Positions 13,501 through 25,454 are shown, counted from the first letter of the whole stretch. The stretch: 58,720 nucleotides of DNA, filler included, from Sphacelaria rigidula (GCA_964200075.2; 4 parts of 4 records of this genome joined end to end with filler, not necessarily neighbours in it); one strand, 5' to 3'. The notes: generated from the sequence alone by a model not told the origin. Numbers and translations: made by a program.

Positions 13501-13785
13501 CAAGCATCTTCCCAAAGCTGGCGTCCCTCCCCGTGCAGGATAAGGTGTGGGGAGGAGTGTGGTGAAATGAACCAGGACCCTGCCCCCCTTCTCTCCCCTC
13601 TGCTCGCAGCCATTCAGCCAGCCCCACGACTCTACCATCTGCGAGTTAGAATGAGGCCTAACCTCTTCGTGCTCATTGAGGCATCCCAATTCCATCCCCT
13701 GCGCTCATGGGCGGTAATTTTTACATCTTGACGCACGAGGCGTTTCGCGTCAATGGTCACCCCCGTGCGCCCCTGCATCCCTTAA

Positions 13786-13883
13786 CCCTCAGACCGCGAG
13801 GTAAGTCTTCTGTTGAACCGGCATTAATTTCAAGTGAAAAAAAGTGTGGATGATCCAGAAAGACTAATCTCGCGGTCCAAGGG
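13786..13883. mobile_element. piggyBac-type MITE (98 bp)
   Basis: TTAA|CCCTCAGACCGCGAG...CTCGCGGTCCAAGGG|TTAA, imperfect TIR of about 27 bp. Confidence 0.8.
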
Positions 13884-14607
13884 TTAATATTAATATGCTC
13901 GGAACGATTAGACCTCCTGCTCACCAGGCCATCGACGGCGGTTACCCCGACACACGCCAAACATCACTGCTGTATGATTCGTGGACGCCCCTCTTTTTAC
14001 CATCACCACCTGTTATGATTGCATACATGCCCTGTATTCCGTATCCCCTAACGCCGAACTCATGCCATGTATATTGGTCGGCGGAAGCAATTACGTGCAC
14101 AGCATATTTCCAGTGGTCCATCTGACGGGGTCTGGAGCCCAAGGAGCCAACACGTTCCGGTGCCCTCCCAATTTTCACAGTATCGGATCCGTGGACTCAC
14201 GTCATGCGGTTGGTTTTGTACTTGGCATATGACTACAACAACAGTACGCAAAGTGACCAGCGGTCCGTGAAACAAGGAAAAACAACGGTACTGTGGTGTG
14301 CTCGACTGCAGTGTTGGTGGTGTCCACTCATCGAACTCCGTGTAGATTTCATAGACAAGGACATGCAGCCAGGTTGCGATTTACGTTCACAGGCGAACAC
14401 TGCAAGCAACAGCGCTACTTGTGTACATATATACACTGTGAAGTAAGTACACTGCAGAGTACAAGTACTCTGCTTCGTGTTGCACAGGCCTTCAGAATTC
14501 GGGGGCGCAGGGGGGTGGGGGGGGGGGGGGGGGGCCGCCAAAACGAGCGCGCGGCCGGCCAAAAAACCAGAAACCCCGCCCCCAACAGACAGTGAGAAAG
14601 GAGTATG

Positions 14608-14707
14608 NNNNNNNNNNNNNNNNNNNNNNNNNNNNNNNNNNNNNNNNNNNNTTAATTAATTAANNNNNNNNNNNNNNNNNNNNNNNNNNNNNNNNNNNNN
14701 NNNNNNN
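14608..14707. other. Artificial scaffold linker
   Basis: N44-TTAATTAATTAA-N44 (stop codons in all six frames). Confidence 0.97.
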
Positions 14708-15724
14708 CAACAATGAGTTGCTCTATTCTGTGGTATCGCCACTTCCAGAGACAGCCACGGCTTTTACACTGGGGGGGGGGGAGGGGATACACAGACGAAA
14801 CAAAAACAGACAAGAAATCACCAGAAACAAAAGATGAACAAATCAGAGATGGGAACCAAACACAATGCTCTACGTATCTGGCGTAGGCTATGATGAGTTG
14901 GTGTTGGTAATGTCGGTCCCAGGTGCTGTCGGTGCATCTTAGCCTACAGCTTTCGCGTACTGTATCGCTACCTCTGCGTCATCCTTTTGGCACCAGTCCG
15001 CCATAAACCTTTCTGCTCCCTGTTCAACACAGCTGTGCCACTCTACTGAATTTAAGGCTCTGGTAGTCCACCCCTGCCATTCGATACCGAACGCCTTCAT
15101 GTCTCCCGCTAGGCAGCGGATCCAGTCCTCGTGCCTGCCGTCAAACTCTCCTTCTTGTCCCTTCACGGCTACAATTTCACCGAACATGGTGTGTTTCGGT
15201 ATCCGTCCGGGTGGCACGCGCGTGACGAAACCGGCGAAATTGAGTCTCCTCTTCCTCACCGTCGCCTCGATGCTTTCGCACCCTGTCCTCGCGGGGATCT
15301 CTCGGTATGACAGGACGTGGTCTGTGCGATTGCGCTTGTGCCATCCAAGGCAGCGCCTGAGCAACCAATGGTGGGCCGTGCGCAGTAGATTGTAGCGGCG
15401 GTTGAGAGGGGTCCATGTGACGCACCCGTTCAGGAGCGCTTCGACAGCCTCGGCTTTGATCATGCGGACCTTTAGGTGGACGGCCGTGTTGGGTCGATTG
15501 TACAGTTGGACTTTGTACCGGTGGTAGCTCGACCATGCCCCTTGTACGCGCTTTTTTATTTCCACCGAGAGGTCGCCCCTCTCCGTATTTGACCCCCCCA
15601 GGTATACAAAGCTGTCTGTTTGTTGGTATACCTGGCCAGCCGCGTTGATGTCGAGGTGGGTGCCCCGCCTGTGAGTGCAGTCGCATGGTCTTCGTCTTTG
15701 GTTCCGACACGGTCAACCCGAACG
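14708..15724 (-). mobile_element. RTE-like LINE, 3' part (RT thumb/C-terminus and 3' UTR), frameshifted
   Basis: FGLTVSEPKT...YLGG...EIKKRV...SIEATVRKRRLNFAGFVTR...RIPKHTMFGE...W...L..DMKAFGI...W, typical of the RTE ORF C-terminus. The UTR motif AAGCCGTGGCTGTCTCTGGAAGTGGCGATACC is shared with the repeats near 39800 and 58670. Confidence 0.85.
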
Positions 15725-16140
15725 TTCGGGCAGTCGCTCGGTTCGCTCATGAACCCAAGCTGACTCACTACAAATCGGCACAGAATATACTCGAGTATTT
15801 GAATACTACGTCGGACTCAGGTTTACTTTTCAAGAAGAGTAATGGCTTGGGATGTATTCAGTTGGAGTTTGATTTGGATACGTACGTTGACGCAGACTAC
15901 GCCCATAAGGCAGAAGACCAACGTTCCGTTTTCGGTGTAGCTATTTGCTGTGGAGGTACGCTAGTGTCTTGGTTTTCTAGGACGCAGAGGTGCATCACCC
16001 TATCTATCCTTGAGGCAGAGTATGTAGCAATGGCAGACGGTGTCAAGAAGGCCTTGTATGTGAGGGGGATTCCGAAGTTCCGAATGCCCAGTTTGGGGTC
16101 GAATAGCATTGGCGTTTTTGAGGACAACAAGGGGGCGATA
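15724..16140 (+). mobile_element. Ty1/copia RT-end and RNase H fragment
   Basis: VRAVARFAHEP...YLNTT...YVDADYA...RSVFG...LVSWFSRTQRCITLSILEAEYVAM...FEDNKGAI, the copia RNase H signature. Confidence 0.9.
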
Positions 16141-16154
16141 AGACAACTTCGCAG

Positions 16155-16503
16155 GTTCTTAGAGAGCAGGGATTTCCCTGGGAAGAGACTGCGTGCACGG
16201 CCGCGGCTATAAACGGGCACCTGGACGCCCTTCAGTGAGCTCGCGAGAACGGATGTCCCTAAAACCCCCAGACCTGTGCGCAGGCGGCGCACGCCGGACA
16301 CCTATACGTCGTAAAATGGGCACGTGAACGTCTTCCCTTGGGGCGGTGAGACCTGCAAGATGGTGGCCTTGTCCGATCGCCTGGACGTGTTGATTTGGGC
16401 ACGGGAGAGCGAGTGTCAATTAGACGCTACAGGCTGTAGAGACTACGCATACTCGCAAAGCATACAAATGTGTCGGTGTGAATCAAAGAAAATAATCGAA
16501 TAA
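16155..16503 (+). pseudogene. Ankyrin-repeat pseudogene exon of the WARENGCPW type
   Basis: Manual translation after a CAG acceptor: VLREQGFPWEETACTAAAINGHLDALQ*ARENGCP*NPQTCAQAAHAGHLYVVKWARE/PWGGETCKMVALSDRLDVLIWARESEC. Both stops fall at conserved Trp positions and there is one frameshift. Confidence 0.8.
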
Positions 16504-17163
16504 CCTAAAGAACTGCGAGTTCGATCCTCGGCGCGATCACTTCTTTCTTCCCCATGGTCGAGGAAAGGTTTTCCCCATAGTTATGGAAATATGTCAGAAC
16601 GTCCACCCTGATCACTCAGTCAGCACTGACTGAATGGCTCAGCGGTGGGGTTCGTTCTAACGAAGAGGAGTTCGTTTTGACGAACAAACAACATATATAT
16701 ATATATATATATATATTCCTCGATAGGAGACACCATTGCATTCTTTCAGATTAATCAGTAGTGATACTTTGCACGTCAGTGCTGGTGACATGCGCCGCTG
16801 ATCCGTCGACCTTGCGCAACTTGTGTCATTTGTTCCGATAAAAAAAGAGGACTCTCACTCGCATACATATGATGCTGTCTGATCAAGGGACGTTCACGGA
16901 CATCGACGAGCATGATACCTCTTGCTTCAACTACGGGCCAGGCCAGCCTAAAACGGACTTAAGCTGTCATAGCCAAATTTCATCGACGCAGACAAATCTA
17001 GTCGTGATCCGCACATCTTGGTACTCATCTGATCAAAGGGCAGATGCCCGTCTACTCAATAGCGCGGTCAAATAAACAAAAGCAAAAATGCTTCTCCTCC
17101 ATCATGAAACCCACAATGTCGAGAAAATCCCGCCACATATTATGGAGATACCTCGATACTGAA

Positions 17164-17255
17164 CTCTAACCCTAACCCCTAACCCCTAACCCCTAACCCC
17201 TAACCCCTAACCCTAGCCCTAGCCCTAGCCCTAGCCCCAGCCCTAGCCCTAACCC
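17164..17255 (+). repeat. Interstitial telomere-like array with variant units
   Basis: CCCTAA, (CCCCTAA)x5, (CCCTAG)x4, CCCCAG, CCCTAG, CCCTAA. Confidence 0.9.
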
Positions 17256-17419
17256 GTAGTCTACACGCTTCCCCAATATCGCGTTTTCACCTTTGGGTTC
17301 CAAGGTACGGGCTTGCCAGCAGATGACCCTCCGCTAGGCCCGATACGATGTCTTCAGCAGCTCGCAACTGAAGCCGCCATATCAGTGCGCACGATATCCA
17401 CGGAAGCCACTGTTGATGG

Positions 17420-19460
17420 CAGGAAACACCTTGCCGGCGTGTGACACGAGTGAAATTCCTCTGTGGTTTCTGCATTCCGTCCGATCGCCCTTTTTGTGGA
17501 GCACGATGATGGTGGCATCCTTCCATTCTTGTTGTTCGGCTGCTCCGCCCCAGATGTCAACAATGATAGCGTGGGATCTCTGTAGTCGGCTAGTGTCGTC
17601 GCCGTCGAGGAGTATCTTCAGCAGTTCAGCCGGCAGTTCATCTGGGCCAACGGCTTTTCCGTTGGACATGGATCGTATGGCATCCGCTGTCTCGTCTATC
17701 GTAGGCACCTCGTCTAGCAACGTGCACGGAAGTCGCGCTTGGAGTTGGTCGATGATTGCTGGGTTGAGGCGGGGCGACTTGGTGTTGGGGGGGGTGTGAA
17801 ACCACTGTACCCACCGCGGGCGGGTGAGCTTCACGTCTCTGAGCAGTTGACCCTTGTTGTCGCGGATATATCGCTGCCGTGAGCGACATGGTTTCCTCCC
17901 TTCGAAGTCGACTCCCTTCCGGTGCCTGTAGAAACCGCGTTGGTCACCTCTCGCGATGTGCGCTTCAAGTCGGCTGACGTAGGTCTCGAAGAATCTCTCC
18001 ATCGCATGTGCTTTACCACGACGAAGTTCCTCGTTGGCCTCCTTCAAGACTTTCCTTAGGCTAGTGTCAGTGGGCGTTGACATCGATGCCCTCCGTGCTT
18101 TTCCCCTCACCATCCATGCATTGTGGATATTTGCCTTGTTCTCGGCACTCGCGCACCAGCCGTGGGAACCTCGTTGGTTTCTCTCGTGGGGCGCGGTGTC
18201 TGCTGCGGTGGATATCAGCATCTTGGTGAGGCCTGCAGCCATGTCAGCGGCGGTAGCATTTATAGGCAAAGGGTCGAGAGGGAAGACCGTTTGCAACGCC
18301 ATTGCTGTCAACGTCGGGTTAGCCATCAGCCTTTCAAGGTCGGCCGTTCTGCGTCTTGATGCATGTTTCCGCATCTTGCGATTGGGCGCGAAGCGACCAC
18401 GGAGCCGGACCTTTGCAGATACGAAGTTATGACCAGACACGCGTTTTCCAGGTGGTGGGCGGCGGACGGAAATGTTGCGTATGAGTTTTCGATCCGTCTG
18501 TCTTGTGAGGATGTAGTCAAGGCGATAGCGTCCCTTCCCAGTGTTGGGGCTTTGGAAATTAAACGAGATGTCCCGCTTGGGTGTTCTGAAAAACGTATCG
18601 AGCACAGTAAGGCATTGTTCCTCTGCGAAGGCCAGTAGCGTCTCACCGTTTTTGTTCAGTACGTCCCGCCCGTATTCGCCACGTACCTTGCTATCATTCT
18701 CTCCACACCCCTCTCCTCGTTTTCCAGTGCGGGCGTTGGCATCCATCATGCCGAATAGATGTTCCTTGCCAGGTACTTGTGAGACGGTATTGGATACGTC
18801 ATGCCAAAACTTGTTCTTGTCGCGCAGCGAAGCGGTCTCCATCAGGGCAGATACAACTACAACTGATACTGCGTTGGATTTGCCGTGTACTTCAAGTTTC
18901 ACCTTTATAAGTCGAGCACTGAGATACTCGACTGACGTACTTTTTCATCCCATCTCCCCCAGGATTGACTCCTTGATAGCAATCCCTACCCCTTGTTGTC
19001 CTGCCCTTCCCTTAGCCCCGCTTGTGTCACCAGAACAAAATATCTTACATCTCGCCGCACTGAACACCGATCGACCGTCTCTCCTGGTATCTTGCAAACC
19101 TACGATATCGCATCCTGACAAAGTTTCAGGACAATGTCACTGTGACCAATGACGTTCGCACCTTTGAAAGCGAGCGTGCGAACATTGTAGGTGCCGGCAG
19201 TAAGCTCGCCGATCCTGGCCCTCGCCCTCGCAGTCTTTCTCCTCTTGTCGGCAGCGCTCCAATCTGCTCGTCTCCTACGCCTCTTTTTTCGTGCGGCGGG
19301 TTTTTTCTTCTCTCCCGTCTCTTTACATGCAAGTATGTACTCCTGTTCTGAAATGGACACTGCTCCGTGCGTGCTTGTTATCAGATATGGTTTCGGGGGC
19401 AGCAGTCCCGACATGCCTCGACCGGTTCCACCACCGCATCGTTTCTTGTGCTTACACACG
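17420..19460 (-). mobile_element. RTE-like LINE, 5' part (APE endonuclease, linker and start of RT), disrupted
   Basis: GTYNVRTL (APE motif I), GQQGVGIAIKE, MMDANARTG, RYRLDYILTR, SGHNFV, then GKAVGPDELPAELLK...WKDATIIVLHKKGDRTECRNHRGISLVSHAGKV. An Arg/Lys-rich N-terminus precedes these. Confidence 0.9.
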
Positions 19461-19929
19461 TGTAGATACCTAGCAGCTCTACTCTTCTTGCTACGTATCC
19501 CACGCTTTCAGCGACGGTTACCTGGTGCCGCTGCCGCGGGCTGTGTAGCCGCGGCAAATTTTCCCGTTGGGAAAAACTCCGTCGGGAAAAATTCCGCCGC
19601 ATCAGGATTTAGTGCCGTCATCATCGTCGAGCGTAAGCAGCAGGTAGGGCAGCAAGACGGTTGCTACCCTATTGCTGCTGTTGCTGTTGTTACTACTGCT
19701 GGCGACGATGATGCCTTTTTCTACACTTCAGTTGTGTGCGTGCAGGTTCGCAGTTCACACACCCGCCCCAGGCCGGGTAGCCCGGGGGGGAGGGGGTAAG
19801 TCCACATAAATGCTCCACACCCACGCGCTCATGAGAACAGACGTGCTGTTACATTGGCAGACAACACTGGCTGTATTTTCCATTCTTCGATTTTCTGTAG
19901 CGAGCGTATCCGTTTCGCTCACCTTGGGC

Positions 19930-20006
19930 ATCCGTATCTCGTGACCGCGGCTGGGTCTCTCGGGGGTCAGTTCACGTGCGGCAATCAATCGATCAATCTA
20001 TCAATT
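19930..20006 (+). mobile_element. Non-LTR retroelement 3' end with (CAAT)n tail
   Basis: GTGACCGCGGCTGG...GTGCGGCAATCAATCGATCAATCTATCAAT. Confidence 0.55.
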
Positions 20007-21110
20007 CTGTAATTCCGAGCCCGAAGTGACAATCAGCAAATGTGGGTAGTCTGGGTGGCCCTACGAGTACGAGATCAAAAAAGGGTAAAAGTCAACTCAC
20101 AACCGTTTGCACTGACATCGATGGACTCAAATGGATTGCTTCGCAGAGTGTTGCGTGGCTTTATTTCAATATGCTACACTGGTCCTCCTGTCTCTTGTGA
20201 AGATCTCGTTAGGATGTCCACGGTCAAAGGGTTGACAGCCACCGTGGGTCACCTGGATCTCGAATCATTTCGCGAAGTGAAAATGATGCCGATTCCACGC
20301 ATGTTCCTGCCCGGGGCAGGTCAAACGGTTTAACAACATACCTCAGATTTGTTTTGGTGCGTGGGACAGGGTATGGACATACCAAACAACAGACAAGCTA
20401 CAAAAGCAAAGCAACACTCTGAGAAGTATGGCCGTAGCGGACGAGCTAAACTCTAAACATATTGCAGAGCAATCTTCCTAAAGACGCACTGCACGCCGAC
20501 CTTCCTAGACCCACTGCAAACCATCCTTCTCTTGGCTCTATATGATCCTTGGCGTGCCCCACGTCCTGCGTAGTCTGTCCAACTACCGTGAATTCGATCA
20601 TTTCCCGTCGGGGATGATCGGGCTAGATGTTTCCGAAGCTTGGGGTAGTGGTCGTCGTTTCTTCGTTAGGCGGGGTGCTGTGCTCTTGTTTTGCGAGATT
20701 GCTGGGACACTGCGGATGTTGGCTGTCGGGGCCGATGTTGCATTTGATTAGTGTCACGTTGTTTAACACTCTTACAGAAAACGAGACGATGTGGAGTCAT
20801 TATGACCAATTATGCATATTATCGTAGATATTCTGGCATTGAACCCTGAATTGTCTTCATGGGAACGCTACTCAAGTACTTTGACTTCATTATGCCAACT
20901 AAAACTCACAATCTGGCGATGGATACCTCTTCAAAGCTACAGCATCGCATATCGCATGTACTTCTGGTGTACACATCATGTCATTTTCCATTCTGGCGCT
21001 CAGGATCTCGATCTTCCGTGTACAAGGACTTGAAGACGCCATGGAAGACCAAGAAAGGGAGTATCACAACGCATTTAACACAAACATTATAAATAATATA
21101 TCGGATAGCT

Positions 21111-24100
21111 ATGAGAGTGGAGGACAGAGTGATCCCTGCAAGGTTTCTCGTGACGATTGGTCATCTAATCGCCGTGCTAATGGTATTCAAGACAAAGGTG
21201 GACAACGTGTACGTGGGGCTGGGAAACGACCCCACCGCGGCGCAAGTCGCATCCGCAGAGGACGATGTTGACGTGAGTGTAGCCAAATATTACGCACCAC
21301 ACACGGCATCCGGAAGAGGGGGTGGCGTGCAGAAGCAACCATTGTATCAGTAGCAGTGTGTGACAGGGGTGGACATGTAGAGACATCATAGAAGTAAATT
21401 CAGACTGCCATACAGTACACTAATACGACAGCTATAAAACAGTGCAGGCGCGATCGTATGAAATGCCTTCGTAAGATATGGCCTTCCCCTTGACCAAAAA
21501 GACAAACACCCAACCCGACCCAAACATTATTTTTGAATAGTTTTCTATATATATATATATATCAATTATTCTGAATTGAGCCTCATATTTATTTTCAACT
21601 GGAAAATTTGAATTAAGAAATTAATTGAACTCAAAAGATGGGACGTAATAATAATAGGAAATAAATGGAGCGGCAGGAAATCAATCGACATCGTGCAACG
21701 AAAGTTCATACGTATGAAGAATAACTGGCGTAAGAAACACGAAGAAATTGCTGGGCTGGGGATAAGAAATGACCAGAAATGTGAAATAGATGCAGTTTTC
21801 TTGGCCAGCAGTTTTCTTGGCCAGACATCAGAAGGAAATAAGGAATGATTAACGCTCGGTTCAGCTGCTAAAGTTTTGGGCCTCGCTCAAAATAGCTGTT
21901 TCTTATGAGCGGGCCGGGACCGTAGTCCATTGAAAATCCCCCCCCCCCCCCCCCCCCCCCCCCAAAAAAGGATGCAGCCTCCATTACTTCATATATATCA
22001 GGGCATGCCAATATGAGTATTTTAAGCCTTTTGGAACCCATTGACGATTTTGTTTTTGTGAATCGGCATCATTATCAGTCATTTTCAAGTCAATATGATG
22101 CCGATTCTCAAAAACAAAAATCGTCAATGGTTTCCAAAAGGATCAAAAACGACGTGAGAATATGCACATAATAATTAGAGTGCAAGATTCGGCACAAATT
22201 TTGCGCACTTGTTGTTGGCAAAGTGCAAATCAACGGCTCGCCTGTAAGGCATCGCACTGAGTAGTAATGTGCACATGCAAAATATGCTACGCAGTATATG
22301 CTTAAACTGACGCTCAACTTAAGCATTCTGTATCAATCTGCTGCTTTGTTGTCGTCCAGCTCTAGATTGGCGTGGAGTGTATTGTAGGAGTGTTAACAGA
22401 CGGCAATTGGTTGGGTGTGGTCTCGGACAGCTACCAAACCTCCTGCCATTGGTCTTCTTTCCACTTGTATCTGTATGCGTAGCAATCTCAGTGCCGAACC
22501 TTTGGCTCGTTCCCCATGCATTTCCGTGTTCTCCCTGCCTGTTGATATAGTCAGGGATATGTTTGGGACATGCGTATTTCGAAAAGAATCCCAACAATTC
22601 GCACGGTGTCTGGACGACGAGCGTTCGCTGCCAAGGTAAGAAGACACTTGATTCGCTATGCGACTCGCTTGGAACTGGTTTGACCCGACGATACCGTGCC
22701 ATTTGCGTGGGACGCTCTGTTTCTCGATTCGTGTTGAATACAGGCAGCACTAGCCGTGGCACTGGTGTGCTTCGGACTTGACTTCATATCCTTATTTTTG
22801 GGGCTGTCCATATTTATGATGAAGGTGAGCCAGTAACACGTTCCGCCCGCACCAGGTATGTTGTACTGTATGACGAGACACTTTTGTTCGGAGTAAAACG
22901 ATGAGTCGGGATGAGTCATTTCCCTTCCCGCTCCCCTCTCTCCTTCTCTCCCTTTTCCCCTTCCTCTATTTCCCTCCCTCTCTCTCCCTCCCGTTATATT
23001 CTTTGATTCGTTCCGTCACGCCATGCAGACATCGTGCAGAAAAGTTCGGCACGGGGATCCGATTATTGCGATCCATGCATGATGATGTATGCAATCAATC
23101 CTGATCTTGCCGCCATGCACAAAGCATGCTGTATCAAGAGTATAACATCTTCCCGAGTAGGACAGACGCACTGAATATTGCACTACAGGGTAACGTTTCG
23201 CTGACATCGCAGTAGAAAATGTCGTTGAGGATTCCAGCTGTTATTTTTGCAGCTTTTGTGCAATTTACTACCGAAGCGATTCTTTCACGTCAAGATTTAG
23301 GACACCGCATCGTAAACACACTGCACTTTCGGAGTCTTTGTGGTACTGTGGAAGAGTCGAGTACCCGGAATATCCACCTCCAAAATATTCAGTGTAATAC
23401 CTGGAATACAAGCTAGAGTACTCCGGAGATTGTGAAGGATAAAATTCCTAAGAGCACTGGTATTTCATCGTCGCCTGCGAAGCACGGAGTAACCCGGGTT
23501 GGGTGGAGCATCGCGTACCGAAATTACTCAGTATCCGAGAGTACTGCAATATAGCCACTTCAAAACGACAACACCTACTTTTACCACGGCCGTATCCGGA
23601 CGTTGCACCACCCCATTTTTCTCCCGCGAAACACAACCGCAAATAGAGGCACGACAGAAAGCAAAGGTGTTGACTCTAGGACACGTACTACCCAGGGGGG
23701 TACTCTGAGTTTTCAGGGGTGTCGAGTACCTAATACTCCAGGGTACGCAGGGTATCGACAGATCAAATACAGTCCATCAGAGTACCCGCGTGTATTCTGT
23801 ACCCGACGCTACTGTGCGTAGCACCTTACCCTGCTGAGGGTCATTTATTTGAAGAAGCGATTTGTCTCCTTTTACATGAAGAATGAATAATGTAATGCAC
23901 CAACTTCCATGAAAATCACCGAAAAGTTGTTTACTCTCTTTGCATGTCTAAAGCGAAAGATTCGCTTTCTGAAATGAAAGGTGTCCCTCGACTGTTCGTG
24001 TAAACAGAGAAATCAGTAGGATCCACGATGCTGAGATCCACGATAGAGTAGCTGCGCATTCATTCGTGATAACGTGTTTTGATGGTTACACGTAGCGGGA

Positions 24101-25454
24101 TTTACTACCGCAATTATAGGGCCGGATACGCGCGTGAAAGTGCTTTCCACACCGGCAGTGAGGTTATGCCCCCTCGGGGTTCACTCCTCTTCTTCTATGG
24201 CTAACTGACAAAACGAATGTCTTCAATCCAAATCTGATCAAATCTCAAACATGTCCTCTGATTGACTGCCCCAGTCGTGTCCATCCAGCTGATGCGCGGG
24301 ATCACGAAATACGAGGCGTTCATATTCTTTCCTTGACTACTATTAATGGATAATCTGCCTTTCGTTCGTGTTTGCTCCAGGTTAATGTTCTCCAAACCCT
24401 AACGCATTTTGTCGGGGCGATCCTGATCGCGCAGTTCATCACAGAGGAGTGGGACTATCGAGCGCTTTGGTAAGGGAAGCAAAGGTCCCCCTGCTCTCAT
24501 TTGAACTTGCCTCGCACGATTATCAGCACAAGCTCTGTGTGGGCACATGCACGTACCCGACTACACAATTTGGCCGAGGAATACACAGCCCAGGTCTTGT
24601 AAATTACGCGTGACTCTGCTTTTTGCTGCACGACGTCCTTCGAGTTGCATCACTTCTGTAGTCTCCTTTTCTTTTCTCTCCATCCCTCATCTCTCTCTAT
24701 TTGTGTTTACTTTCCTCCCGGTGTAACCAAGTAGCAGTTTGGTACCTCGCCTCCGTAGGGTTCATGGATGACAGCGTCATACACGAAATAGGGAGGTCGA
24801 AATAGATGAGCCGCAATCTATTGCCACGCGTTCAACAGCCGATCATCGGACTTTAGGATGGAGCTTTTCATTGAGGACGAGAACCCGAAGGACTCAAATC
24901 TTCGTATCCACACCAAGTCTTCGAAATGTGGTTCCATTACTTCCACCTACTGGTGGCTACTGACAAGTGCTACAGTACACGCCCTACAAATTTGGATTTC
25001 GATTACCAAAATGTTGGGGTAGATGAAAAACCAGTTTCGGGGAATTTCGGCGATTTGATCGCATCACCTAAATTTTATTTTCCTGTCTTTCTTTTGTTTT
25101 CACCATACCTATAAAAAAACATGTTTTCGTTTATTTTTCTACTACCCGTGTCTGTCATTACCGTTCTGTGTCCTTCACTTCTCTCGAGTTAGTGTTTCCA
25201 TCTTGTTTTCCCCTCGAGTATATCTATCCTGTGAGTGCAGCTGAATGGATCCCTCGGGGATGAGTTAAAGTGCGAACATCAATCATCGATCAGCCCCCAC
25301 CCTTTCGTTTCCCCTCCCTGCATCACTTGCTTTCGTGCGTCTACTTGCGGTTGTGTGTCGCAGGAGAATAGTGGGATGGTGCAACGTCCCCACCGCTGTG
25401 GTAGAAGTAGGGGTTATCGTTGCCGTCTTTTACGTGAAGGCCGTCGTGTATTGA
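21111..25454 (+). CDS. TMEM107: TMEM107-like ciliary transition-zone membrane protein, 4 exons (21111-21272, 22744-22824, 24381-24469, 25364-25454), 140 aa
   Basis: All introns are GT-AG and phase-compatible, giving a 423-nt CDS. Protein: MRVEDRVIPARFLVTIGHLIAVLMVF...AALAVALVCFGLDFISLFLGLSIFMMK-VNVLQTLTHFVGAILIAQFITEEWDYRALW-RIVGWCNVPTAVVEVGVIVAVFYVKAVVY. It matches recalled TMEM107 motifs (P.RFL...HL; G.S.F; H..G....FI.E.W....W; C..P...E) with four hydrophobic segments. Confidence 0.9.
22026..22142. mobile_element. Degenerate piggyBac-type palindromic MITE in TMEM107 intron 1
   Basis: Near-perfect IR arms of about 45 bp. TTAA on the left and TCAA on the right. Shares the GTGAATCGGCATCAT core with 35916-36057. 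Confidence 0.7.
25215..25292 (+). mobile_element. Non-LTR retroelement 3' end in TMEM107 intron 3
   Basis: GGATCCCTCGGGGATGAGTTAAAGTGCGAACATCAATC resembles the reverse complement of 5240-5300. Confidence 0.45.

Noticed and set aside
14652-14663. TTAATTAATTAA as a biological motif
   Set aside because: Identical in all three N-padded linkers; synthetic spacer.
16505-16665. Permuted tRNA (T-arm-like GCGAGTTCGATCCTCG upstream of D-arm-like TGGCTCAGCGGT)
   Set aside because: The putative halves do not form an acceptor stem; more likely SINE-like debris.
19380-19620. Self-cleaving ribozyme at the LINE 5' end
   Set aside because: GC-rich stems are present but no HDV or hammerhead core could be built.
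23186-23833. hAT-like element with CAGGGTAA ends and GAGTAC repeats in TMEM107 intron 2
   Set aside because: Only an 8-bp IR and no matching TSD.
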